Positions 25,601 through 37,214 of a stretch of 64,000 bases of DNA are shown one piece after another (positions within the stretch are counted from its first letter, which is position 1; each line of letters starts with the position of its first letter). The stretch is from Octopus sinensis. Its lineage: Eukaryota. The position numbers were made by a program, and so were the translations under genes. The DNA lies in contig NC_043002.1 of assembly GCF_006345805.1 (NCBI RefSeq), positions 47,058,001-47,122,000 of the forward strand. The letters are read 5' to 3'. A model generated the notes under the pieces. That model did not search any database and was not told the DNA's origin. It worked only from the letters and a program-made list of their open reading frames with translations.

Positions 25601-27313
25601 TCATCTATAGCCTTGGTTACATCGTCTTCCTTTATATCGATGTAATCTATCGTCGCCGCCTCTGATTTTATATCTGCAGTGGTAAAAAAGTCAGTTGGAT
25701 TGGTGATTTGGAGATGCCCAAGGGGTGGAGTGAAAACACTCTTGAATTGCTCATTCAGTATTTCACTTACCCTCATTGGTTTTCCTGTAAGTGTGCCATC
25801 CTTTTCGAGGAGTGGCCCTATTCTACAGTGCACTGTAGCTGTTTCTTTGGCATACCTGTAGAAAGCTCTGGGGTTAGATTTTATGATTTCTATAGCCCAG
25901 GTTTCTTTGTCTGCTCTTTCTTTTTCATGGGAGAGTTGCAGACATTTTTCGATTTCCAACAGTTTTATTTTTAGGCGGGACTTTTCACTGCTTTCAATCT
26001 GTTTGTTTAGGCGATTTGAAAATTTCGTACGCCGTCTCATTAAAATTTTCCTCTCTCTGGGGATTTTGTTCTTGTGTACAGTGGCCTTTCTCTCTGGGAC
26101 ACATTTGTAGCATATGGCTTGCATTACAGACATGAATTGTTGAAGTTTCACGTCGATGTCTGGCGAGGAGAGACATTTAGGCCAGTTTTGTTTGAGGATC
26201 TCTTTCTCAATTTGTTTCCAGTTTGCCTTATGGTAGTTCAAGCTGGAAAGATTTTGAGGGTTTCCTGTAGGCTGCATGTCCGTGCTCTCTTTTGGCCCGT
26301 ACATGGTCAGCTCTATCATGTTGTGATCCGAGAGTAGTGTCGGTGTCACTTTCACATTATGGATGAGATCCATTTGTCATTTGTGAAGCAGAGATCCAGT
26401 GTGTTACCTGCCCTGGTTGGTTGGAGTATTACCTGCTCCATGTACAGGGTGTTGATGAGGTTCAGGAGGGACCTCGCCTGTCCTCGTTCACATCTTGTCA
26501 TTCCTGGGAGAGAAAGGCCCTCGGGCCATCTGACATTGGGCAGATTGAAGTCTCCCATAAGAAGCACACCTATGTGTTGTTCTAATGTGGTTAGAATTTC
26601 TTCTATTTTTATAAGGCAATCTTCAAACTTGCCCACATGGCTTGGGGCATCTGGAGGGCGATATGTAGCACACACAACTACATCAAGTTGCCTAATATGT
26701 ACAATTAGTGTGTCACACACCGAGTTTGAGTATGACAAGAGGACCTGGGGTGTGAGGTCCTCCCGGATGTACATAGCAACACCTCCATGACTCCTTTCTT
26801 TCCTGTCGGTCCGTAGTACAGCATACTGTGGTATATGTAACTCCGCATCTGCTATGTCCGGTTTCAGGTGCGTTTCCGTAAGTGCTATGCATAAGGCTTG
26901 ATTGCATGCAACAAAGTCTCTCAGGAACGGGATCTTTGTCCTGTTACTGAGTGTTTGCAGTCCTCTGATGTTCAGTAGGAGCATCGAGGTGAGGTGTACG
27001 TTGTTGCCGGCGGTGTCCATCCTGTGTCTGTTTGCTGTGGTGGTCTGGTATATAGTGGGTAGTCCCACCTGCGGGCTTGGGTTTGATGAAGCCAGGTCAG
27101 CTGCTGTACAATCTTTTGTGCCATGCACAAAAAAGATTGTTGCTCAGCAGCTGCTCTTTCGACAACATCATGTTGGTGGTTTGTGGCGCGCACAACATCT
27201 GCGTACCTCCGCTTTGGGGCAGGTGGTGCGTGGTCCATCCCTTTTCTTTGTGTTGATGGTTTGTCCATCTGCCTCGTGTCTCTGTGGCAGGGTCCCCGAT
27301 GTATATATGTATG

Positions 27314-27396
<83 letters not shown>

Positions 27397-27761
27397 TTGA
27401 AGGAAGGTATGTGTGTGTGAGATATATAAGCACTCCAGTATGGACGCTGTCTAATGACTAAAACAAGTAAAAGAAAAAAAATATTGTTTTAACCTTTTTT
27501 GTTTAATGTGTCGCGAATCGTTATTCTCTGGCAGCAGTTTTACATTTTCCAGATGCCTTTAGCTTGGCCGAAATAATGTCTTCACCACTTGACCCTTTCT
27601 AACCTCTTCTAGTACACCATAAGCTAAATCAACTAAATTTATTGTTCTCAATGATATATCTATCCTTCTGGGTCTTAATATAAGCAAGCACATCAGTTGT
27701 CATCAACAGAACAACCAAAGGAATCACTATCAAAACGACTGCTACAATTTCAATGTCCCAC
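22647..27761. repeat. ~337-bp inverted duplication (22647-22983 / 27426-27761)
   Basis: Two substitutions and one homopolymer-length difference seen. Confidence 0.95.
23937..27300 (-). mobile_element. Young CR1-group LINE: ORF1 C-terminus, near-complete ORF2 (APE + RT), 3' end with (AATC)n tail
   Basis: APE motifs LNIRGL, LTETHL, HGGVAMY, YRPPD, GDFNLP, LDLCFTND; RT motifs NYRPISLT, QHGFRPGRSC, YLDFAKAFDKV, GVPQGTVLGP, YADD; two frameshifts at ~26370 and ~24620. Confidence 0.95.
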
Positions 27762-28013
27762 ACTGTTTATCACCTTAATACCTTCAACGCACCTCTGTAA
27801 CAACTTTGTCTTTCTCCACGATTGAACGAACAGACAGTTTGGAACGTAATATCTTTATTTTATTTTATTTTTGTTTTGCACACTAACACACTCACAAGCA
27901 CACACACAGACACACAAGCACACATACACACACACATATCTGGCAACAGACTCTCCTGTACATTTTCTTAATTACTATTAATTACATCATATACTCTTCC
28001 ATAAGATCCCACT

Positions 28014-28931
28014 ATGGCTGGACGATATAGGATTGTTGACTCTGTCCTTTCCGTTGATGCGATAACTCAAAGATCTCACCATATGCGAGACATTTATGCC
28101 ATGCGTTACGCGGATTCAACAATCCAATTCCTGGCATCTGTGGGATTGATCCACAATTCATCGGAATGTTGTAATGAGCAGATGTACCTTGCATCACGCA
28201 ATACAGTATCCGATGGGAAAATGTGGAGGTGTACTGTTTGCAAGCAATATCGTAGCATTAGGCGAGACTCGTTTTTCGCGGGTTCACACCTATCATTGAC
28301 TTGTATCCTCGAGTTGATGTATTACTGGGCGATAATTGACTGTAAACAGAAAGTTGTGATGGGCGAAGTTGAAATAGGACGAGAGGCAATTGTCAACTGG
28401 TACAATTACTTCCGCGATGTTTGTGCCATGTGGTGTTTTGACCACCCTGTGCAACTTGGAGGAGAAGATGTTGTTGTAGAGATCGATGAATCCAAGTTCA
28501 TGCACAGAAAATATCATCGTGGTACTTATCGAGAAGGCCATTGGGTCTTAGGCATTATTGAGCGCAGTAGTCTGAGATGTGTCTTAGTTCCTGTGCAGGA
28601 CAGAAGTGCAGCAACATTGTTGCCCATTATTACCCGCCATGTATTGCCAGGAACTAAGATTATCACAGATTCATGGCGAGCATATAACAGCCTACCCAAC
28701 CATTTAACTGTGAACCACAGTGTTAACTTTGTGGATCCCAACGATGCCTCAATCCACACAAACACCGTGGAAGGGATGTGGAGTCATGTAAAATCCAATT
28801 ATCGGAAAATGCATGGAACGTCCGATAATCTGTTTTCGACATATCTGCATGAATTTTGTTGGCGACGTTACAACAGCAGTAATACTTTTATGAGCTTCAT
28901 AAAATGTATTAGACAGTATTATCCTGTATGA
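28014..28931 (+). CDS. Intact Merlin-superfamily (IS1016/IS1595/ISXO2-like) DDE transposase, 305 aa
   Basis: N-terminal CC...WRCxxC zinc finger; motifs GGEDVVVEIDESKF, RKYHRG, WVLGIIER, DRSAATL, IITDSWRAY, VNHSVNFVDP, HTNTVEGMW, YLHEFCWR; no stops or frameshifts. Confidence 0.92.
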   Translation: MAGRYRIVDSVLSVDAITQRSHHMRDIYAMRYADSTIQFLASVGLIHNSSECCNEQMYLASRNTVSDGKMWRCTVCKQYRSIRRDSFFAGSHLSLTCILELMYYWAIIDCKQKVVMGEVEIGREAIVNWYNYFRDVCAMWCFDHPVQLGGEDVVVEIDESKFMHRKYHRGTYREGHWVLGIIERSSLRCVLVPVQDRSAATLLPIITRHVLPGTKIITDSWRAYNSLPNHLTVNHSVNFVDPNDASIHTNTVEGMWSHVKSNYRKMHGTSDNLFSTYLHEFCWRRYNSSNTFMSFIKCIRQYYPV

Positions 28932-31819
28932 TTTCAAAAATGTTTTATGAAGTTCATAAAATGTGTTCTGTTGTTTAATTTAGCCTCAAATTCATGGGAA
29001 TCTGTATAATTTTATATTTATTATTAATTTCTTCTTTTTGTATCTTAGTAATTTGCATTCCTTTCTTTTCTCCATGCGCCTTTCGGATCTTGTAACTTTT
29101 ATGATTTTCGGAATTCTAAAATACCTTTACAAAATTGTCTTCTATTCACGGAAATAACCCGTGCAAGCAAAATTTGGTCTAATGTTTAATTTTTTATTTG
29201 TCTATTTTTTGTAATGGCTTCTTAATTTGGTATTCATTACATTGAGAGTCTGAACCAAATTTTTTTTTTAAATCAAACATGAAAAAATTTGCTACCACGC
29301 ACAGTTGATATTTCCAGTTTCTTCTCTGAAATTTGCTTCCACAATTCATTTTACAGAAATAAGAGAAATGGTTAGAACGAGCTGTAGCTACTTATACATA
29401 TGTAGTGCTTTGAGGGCAACGTGAGTTAACTTCATCACATGGCTTTGCTAAGTCAATTGGTGTGTTTTCCGTTTGACTTAAAACTTTTCCGCGTCTACAC
29501 AGACACCACACGAAAACAATAGGTGTCACAGTGATATACCTCTTTTTCTACAGTCGGCCAGAACGAAGAAGTGACAATGCCACCTTCACATTCTGTATTG
29601 TCAGCATCGAGTATCGGCAGAGAGACGTTATTAGAATACATCAACCACAACGATACAACTGGTTACCCACAACGTGATTCGAACACAACAACCCTGCCAC
29701 AATTGCTGACTCCCGAGCCACAGAACTGCAGTCTTCGTTACCTTATCCATTACATTTGGTGAGCTCGACTTCAAAGACTTACTGCTTTAGCATCGCATGA
29801 ACTCTTGAAAACAATTACAGTCCGTGCCAGTCGCATCAACAAGAATTATAGGACACGAACTTTCACGACGCATAGTTTTCAGTTCCATCGTCACACGCCC
29901 AACACAACACGAAAGGAATGAAGTCACCGACTCAATGGACACACACCAATTACATTCCACATGTACTGCAACCCGATGCACAGATCCACGAGGGAAACAG
30001 TTGCCATACATAAATGCAACACTTAGGACAGCTACCCAACCAAGAGAACTAACCTTTTCTCACTTTTCAGCATAGACTTTTCACACAGAACATTACCAAT
30101 CGGATTTTGTCACTTTTCCTTACACATTTTGTACTGTTCGTTCCTTTTGCTGCACAACACAATGTTTACACATGCATATATATGCATGCTTGCACCCAGT
30201 TTCTGTGCACCTCTATAGACTATTAACTTTTTTTTTCCTTTGAATGCAACTCTTTTCTCATGAGAAGAATATCTCCTCATTTTATAACTCTCCCATCTTT
30301 TTCTTACCATTTCACCATCGTCACATCAACAGAGACATTAAGGCTGCACAGTAGCAGTCGACAAGGCATGTATAACGATTAAATAAAAAAATTTTGTCTA
30401 TATCTTCGATCACTGTCATTATTCCATTGAGTCAACCTCATTATTTTCTACATAGCAGACTGTTACATAAACAGGCGCCACAAGGTAATCTTTCGTTTTA
30501 ATTCGAAATAATGTAAACACTGAATCGGCCATACATACATACATACATACATACATACACACACACACACGTACTTACACACACACACATACATGCAGAC
30601 ATACATATTCACATACACCGAGTAAAAAATTACGATGAATCGGCCATACATACATACATACATACATAAACACACACACATACATAGATACATACACACA
30701 CACACACACATACATGCATACATACATATACACATACACCGAGTAAAAAATCAGTTATCTCTCTCTTTCACACATTACTCTCTCTGTCTCTTCGCACACA
30801 CTAACAGAAGCACTTCACTTACACAACATACTGTCTGTCTCCCACACCCCATCAAACGCACACAGGCCGACTTCAAAGAGAAACCTTATCGTCGTAAAAT
30901 CGCTTCCTCTTAGTCTCTTTCGCTCTCATTACTTATGTAAAAAAATAAAAGTTTTTTACGGAAATCGACGGAAATCTGTGCTACTACAACCGAAACTATG
31001 CCGTTTGTACTTATAATTATGTGTATAACCGTATTTATTCCTTCGTATTTATTCCTTCTTATTTATTTTATCTCTTTTCATCTTAAGTCTTTATAATATA
31101 AAATTTATTTAAAAAATTTTTGTGATGTTCTCATAAGCGTTTACATTAATACTTCCCCTCTATTCTTTAATGCCTAAACTGGTATATTATGGCACTATAT
31201 TTATTAAGTTAATAAGTGACTTATTTATATATTTAAATTAATATATATTTTATATTTTATATTTTATAATTTAGCGTACTTAAAACCATAACAAACTTAC
31301 GATAAATCTAACAACCGTATGTTTACTCTGCAACAAACCGGTGTTATAAATTTTAAGTTACCCATGAAATAAGTATCTGACTTAGTAACATACTGATATT
31401 TAAAAATATATTTATATCTAAATTAAATATTTTATGGAATGCATGAATGGTTCTTCTTTTATTATTGAGGCACAATTATAATTTTGAAGGACTAAATTGT
31501 AGCATAGTTGCTTCCCTTTTTGTTTATCTATGTGCTAGTTGTTGCTTGTAATTATGTATGTGTATAAGTGTATGCATATACATATTACTATGTGTGTATG
31601 TGCGATTGATCTGTAGATGCGTGTGTGAATATTGGCGTTCCCTGACTAACCAACCGTATAATTTTCTTTTGTGATTTAAATTTCAAACCAATAGCCAATC
31701 GAATTAATCTATATTTTCTTTACCTAGTGGTCAGCATTTCTTAACTCATAGTTATTTCGATCTTGTAAGGATGGACTTGGTGCTAATTTAACTGTATCTA
31801 TTTTTTATTATATTTTTTT

Positions 31820-31862
<43 letters not shown>

Positions 31863-32212
31863 TTATTAATAGTAATTTTTATTAACTTTTATAGCTTTAG
31901 AATCTTATGAACTGTACCACGGATTTAATTATTATTTTTCATCTCCATATATGTTAGCCTTTTTTTTATATATATAAAAAAAACTATTAGCCAAATATGT
32001 ATAATATCGGTACTTATTGATATTAATATATACACTATTATATATTTTGTTTTATTTTGTTCTGTTTACCTTCCTTTTTTGTACAAATGTGTATTATATT
32101 ATATAAGTGTAGCTTTATGATGTATAAGTTTTTATATTTTACATTTTTATATATTTATATTTATATGTATATGATTGTATAATATTTTTCACTATTATAA
32201 CAAATTTAATTT

Positions 32213-32330
32213 AATTCTCTGAAGAGGCCGTGGGGCATCCTTGTTAATGCCTCATTTATACCTGCCTTTATGGCTTATAGGTTAAATGAGGTATGACTGT
32301 CCTCACTGCCGAAACAGCTGTCAGTTTTGA
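32213..32330 (+). ncRNA. Type I hammerhead ribozyme motif with extended stem II (Penelope pLTR-associated)
   Basis: CUGAAGA (32219-25), GGC/GCC stem II closing an ~80-nt hairpin, GAAA, stem III AC-AGCU-GU, GUC site (cut after 32322); stem I weak. Confidence 0.65.
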
Positions 32331-32540
32331 TTTATTTGCATATTATATTTGAAAATTTTTTACTTATATCTCTTTATCTTTTTACTATTACTGTATATCT
32401 CATTTCATTTTATGTATTGCCTTTACTCATATGTAATGGTGTATTAAAGTATGGATTGAGTATCATCGGATAGTTGATGTTTTACTGATTTAAGTATATT
32501 TCTCCATTCTCTAATTTTGTAGTATATATATATGTATATA

Positions 32541-32591
<51 letters not shown>

Positions 32592-33118
32592 AGGTTTGGA
32601 GATGATGTACAGGTATTATATATTAGAAAAAATGAGGTAATCAGATCGGATGGTTCATATTTATAGATATTTATTTATATATTACATTTTTTACATATAT
32701 ATCATATCATTCAGATCATATCATTCGGATTAGCGCTTTCTCCCAATCAAGTGGGCTTTTCAAATCAATTCCTTGTGGGTAATTTGAACATTTTATAGTT
32801 TCGTAGTAGTGGTGGGGAGGAATAAGACAGTATAAAAGGGTGAAGAGGAAGTGAGACAGAGAAAACATGTGTGTATGTGTGTGTGTGTGTGTATGTGTGT
32901 GTGTGTGTGTATGTGTGTGTGTGTGTGTGTGCATTTGTATCTGATAGGGAAGAAGAAGTATTGTTACTCTGTTGGCCTACTGGACCTCCTGTGGTTTTCT
33001 AAGAAATTTGGCTCTGCTCTCTGTCCAGTCTCGTGTCACTGAGTGTGTGTTGTGCGTAGGCTGGCCGGACAAATGTCATTTGGGGTCACACTTTCTATGA
33101 TATATATATATATATATA

Positions 33119-33853
33119 GTGACGTATATTTGCCATCTCAATATGGCTACCCCTAAGGGTGGATGCTACTGTAGTTTTTAGCCCCAGGAGGACACACTCC
33201 TCCAGCTGGCCATAGACACACTTTCTGTGTCCTGTCAGTATTTGCAAAGGGAAGTCATCCTTCCCGTCTTCAACTTATGATACACACGGACTCGAGTTTC
33301 GAGGTATTGACAGGACACAGAAAGTGTGTCTATGGCCAGCTGGAGGAGTGTGTCCTCCTGGGGCTAAAAACTACAGTAGCATCCACCCTTAGGGGTAGCC
33401 ATATTGAGATGGCAAATATACGTCACGATGTGTTACCGCTACTGTATATAACTCACTTTGATATTTATCATTGTTTGATTTCACTTTTTCAATATCAGCG
33501 ACAGTGGACGCTGGAAAAAGTATAAGTATTTGTGAAGGAAATCTAACTCTCGCCGACAACTATGATTGTCACACGCTGACGAGAGGTCAATACCTCGAAA
33601 CTCGAGTCCGTGTGTATCATAAGTTGAAGACGGGAAGGATGACTTCCCTTTGCAAATACTGACAGGACACAGAAAGTGTGTCTATGGCCAGCTGGAGGAG
33701 TGTGTCCTCCTGGGGCTAAAAACTACAGTAGCATCCACCCTTAGGGGTAGCCATATTGAGATGGCAAATATACGTCACGATGTGTTACCGCTACTGTATA
33801 TAACTCACTTTGATATTTATCATTGTTTGATTTCACTCTTTCAATATCAGCGA
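33119..33853 (+). mobile_element. Non-coding hammerhead-bearing element (retrozyme / pLTR-only), 352-bp period, with an inverted 5' segment
   Basis: 33308-33501 repeated at 33660-33853 (one substitution seen); 33119-33310 is the reverse complement of 33587-33778. Confidence 0.8.
33570..33614 (+). ncRNA. Minimal type I hammerhead ribozyme
   Basis: Stem I cacacg/cgtgtg (6 bp), CUGACGA, stem II GAGGU-caau-ACCUC, GAAA, stem III AC-UCGA-GU (palindromic loop), GUC cleavage site after 33608. Confidence 0.9.
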
Positions 33854-34195
33854 ACATAAAAAAATTCATATTACCTACAGGAAGAACATTAAATAAATGT
33901 ACAGCCCAGATGTGGATAATCTAGGACCTAGATTTCAAACTTTCCATACATTTGTTAACGTAAATTTGATTATTTCTCTTCGGTTAATTTCCCCAAGACA
34001 AAATTTCGAATATTGCTACGTCAGTGTCTGTATAATTGTTTCAACACCTGGCCGTTAACAAACCAAGAACAATGAAAAAAGTTTTCAAAGAAAGAATTAT
34101 TAAATAATGCAATACAGTAGTATTGCTTCCCAGTAAAACAAAGCACCATCAGGTTAAAGTATGAATATAAGATAGTGGCACAACAATGCACCAAT

Positions 34196-34288
<93 letters not shown>

Positions 34289-34487
34289 ATTACGGAGATG
34301 TACTCGCATAGCAAGTAATTTGATCTGAGATCGTGTGCTGAAACGAAAACAATTGCAGCGTGGAAGGTGTTTATAAGCCATTTAAGAAACACACAAAAGC
34401 CGTTCGATTCACTCCAACATTTAAGTTTAATTTGTCAAAATATTTTCGTCGCTAAAATCCGCGACCTGTTCACTGACAAAGTCCGTG

Positions 34488-34678
<191 letters not shown>

Positions 34679-35119
34679 TGTATATAGGTATGGGTGATTG
34701 GTAAGAAGATTGCTTCTCAACCACATGGTTCCAGGTTCAGTCCTACTGCATCGCACCTTGGGTGTCTTCTACTATAGCTTTGGGCGGACCAAAGCTTTAT
34801 GAGTAGATTCGATAGGCGGAAACTGAAAGAATCCCATCTCAAACACACACACATATATATAATACAGTTCTATATTTAAGAGATGAGGAATTATGTATAT
34901 TATTTACATTATTTACATTTGACTGATATTTGTCCTCATCTTGATTGTTGCTAACAGCGTTTCGGCTGATATATCCCACCCCGCCTTCATCAGGTGTCTT
35001 GGGGAAATTTCGAACCTGGGTTCTTATTCCTAAGGGATTTTTCAATGGTTTTAGTTGTGATGATCACTAAAACCAACCCTATGGCTGCAATATGTTGATG
35101 ACACTTTTATGCTCTAGCT

Positions 35120-35830
35120 CCACCAGGAAGATGTCCAAGTGCTGTTAGATCACGTGAACTCAATAAAACCATCCATGCAGTTCACAATGGAAAAGGAAAA
35201 AGACAATCAGGTAGCATTCCTGGACCTATTAATAACACGCACCAAGTGTGAATTCAGGACATCCGTATACCGCAAGCCGACCTTCACTGGACGATACCTC
35301 AATTTCAATTCCCACTATCCATACAGTGTGAAGAGAGGGATTGCTCAGTGCCTAAAACATCGAGCAAAGAATATATAAGTAGCGATTGTGATACCCACCA
35401 CGAAGAAATGATCAAGCTCAGTAACAATCTGTTAAGCTGTCTCCCCTATGTGAAAGCCCTCTCCGATAAGATACAAAAGTTATGCGGCACAATGACATCA
35501 GGACAGTATTCAAGAGTAATACAATACTTCGCAAATATCTCCGAGCAAAACCACCATTAGAAGAGAATATGACCAAAAACTACATGTATTCCATCCCATG
35601 CAGCTGTGGTAGGTTATACAAAGGCGCAACATGCCGCCTCCTCAAAATAAGGGTGGACGAACATCGCAAAACTGTGACTCGAGGAGATATTGATAAATCG
35701 GGTATAGCTGAACAGGTATGAAGTTAAAAATAATAGACAGAGAATCACTGGAAAATACGAAAATTAAAGTAGCACATATGCTAGGATAGAGCAACCTCCT
35801 AAGGATACCGAGTGCAGATATGAATAGCAT
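35120..35830 (+). mobile_element. Penelope-like element remnant (RT C-terminus + GIY-YIG)
   Basis: QFTMEKEKDNQVAFLDLLI..TSVYRKPTFTGRYLNFNSH; YSIPCSCGRLYKG.T.R.LKIR..EHR; pLTR-type sequence at 34860-35045. Confidence 0.88.
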
Positions 35831-36118
35831 ATGGGAACCGGTAATCAGGAAGGATAGGAAAATATTAGATTTATAAGCGTTACAGCGCTTACCTCGCGTA
35901 CCTAATCATTTAGATCCTCTGTGAACTAAATCGCCTGTTGAGGCCTTATACGCCCCTTTATTAGACTATTTTCCTTAGTCATTGCAAGGTGATCGCCATA
36001 CGCTTTAAGCTTATATAAAAATACCATTATTATTATTTACAGGATTGTAAAAACGGCGCCGTATAAAGAACCATTCGCGCCGACAGCATATATATATATA
36101 TATATATATATTCATATA

Positions 36119-37014
36119 TTGGTCGTTCCATAAATAATGCGTTTCTTTTTCTTCTTTTATTTTACAAAATTAAGATAAAGAAAGTTATTTTTTAATCACT
36201 TTCTCTAATGCCCTTCCATCTATCTGGTAGACTCGCAAGGCCCATCTTCCAAAATTCACCGTGACAAAAAATACTCCTCCAGTATTATTCTGACCTCGTC
36301 TAAAGAGTTCATATCTTTCCCGTCCAAATTATTTTGAAGACTTCGGAATAAATGATAATCAGATGGGTCAATGTCCAGCGAATATGAAATTGTAGGACAT
36401 CGTTTCCCATTCAAACTGCTCCAGCCTTTAGAATGTATTTCCTCGCTGTATGTGGCCGAGAATTATCCTAACGGAAGAACACCTTTCGTCTTGAAACCAA
36501 AAATGGTCATTTTTCTTCTCGTGATGACTTGAATGACTCGTTGAATTGCCAAATCTAAGCTTCTCTGCTAGTTCCTCAATAGTTACGATGGGATTTTGTT
36601 CCACCAGGGTTTGTAGGACGTCCTCGTCGAGTTCTACAGCTCTTCTAGGGTGAGGCTCATCTTCTAGGTTGTAGTTTCCGGCTCGGAATTTCTGGAACCA
36701 CCGTTGACACTGGCTTACGCTTATTGTCCGATCCCCATATACTGCATTAATATTCCCCTCGCTTTCCGTTGCGTTGTTGCCTTTATTGAACTCATAAGGC
36801 AAAAGATGTCGAATAGGCTCCTTTGTCACTTCCATAATAGCTTTGAAAAAATAACTGCTAAAATCGAACTGCACTCTTCAAAACTTGCACTAAGAATAAG
36901 GACATGTTAAAATTACTACCTGCTTTTATATCAAGTTGAAGTAATTTATCCTGTCCCCCTCCGACTTTTAGTTTACGCAATTGAAAAAGCCGCATTATTT
37001 ATGGGATGATTCAA
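36119..37014 (-). mobile_element. Internally deleted mariner (Mos1/Hsmar-like) element
   Basis: Imperfect ~30-bp TIRs (tt..tc.t.ccataaataatgcg), TA flanks; HTH region RHLL.YEFNKG..RWFQKFRAGN..LEDE; remnant PSDYHLFRSLQN. Confidence 0.9.
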
Positions 37015-37175
37015 TATATATATATATATATATAGGTAAACAGTAACATTAATTACAGACATGGACAAGAACATGAAACACCACAGAGACGACACAAGAA
37101 CCACAGGACGGGACATTCGAAGCCCTCAGTCATCAGTCAAGAACCAGATCATCTTAGCAATTTCGGCTGATTATG

Positions 37176-37214
<39 letters not shown>

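Larger units (their letters stand above)
22292..30978. repeat. ~345-bp inverted repeat pair (22292-22640 / 30640-30978)
   Basis: Near-identical apart from microsatellite length; extra partial unit at 30525-30630. Confidence 0.9.

Noticed and set aside
27762-30520. Search for Merlin TIRs and TSD
   Set aside because: Only 6-9 bp chance matches were found, so no element boundaries are reported.
33878-33960. Exon-like segment (ctacag|GAAG...AAC|gtaaat) in intron 3
   Set aside because: Stop codons in all three frames from that acceptor; no module cysteine pattern.
34948-34997. Minus-strand CUGAUGA..GCC-GAAAC-GCU-GUU hammerhead-like motif
   Set aside because: Stem I does not pair and loop 3 is shortened; probably a decayed pLTR hammerhead.
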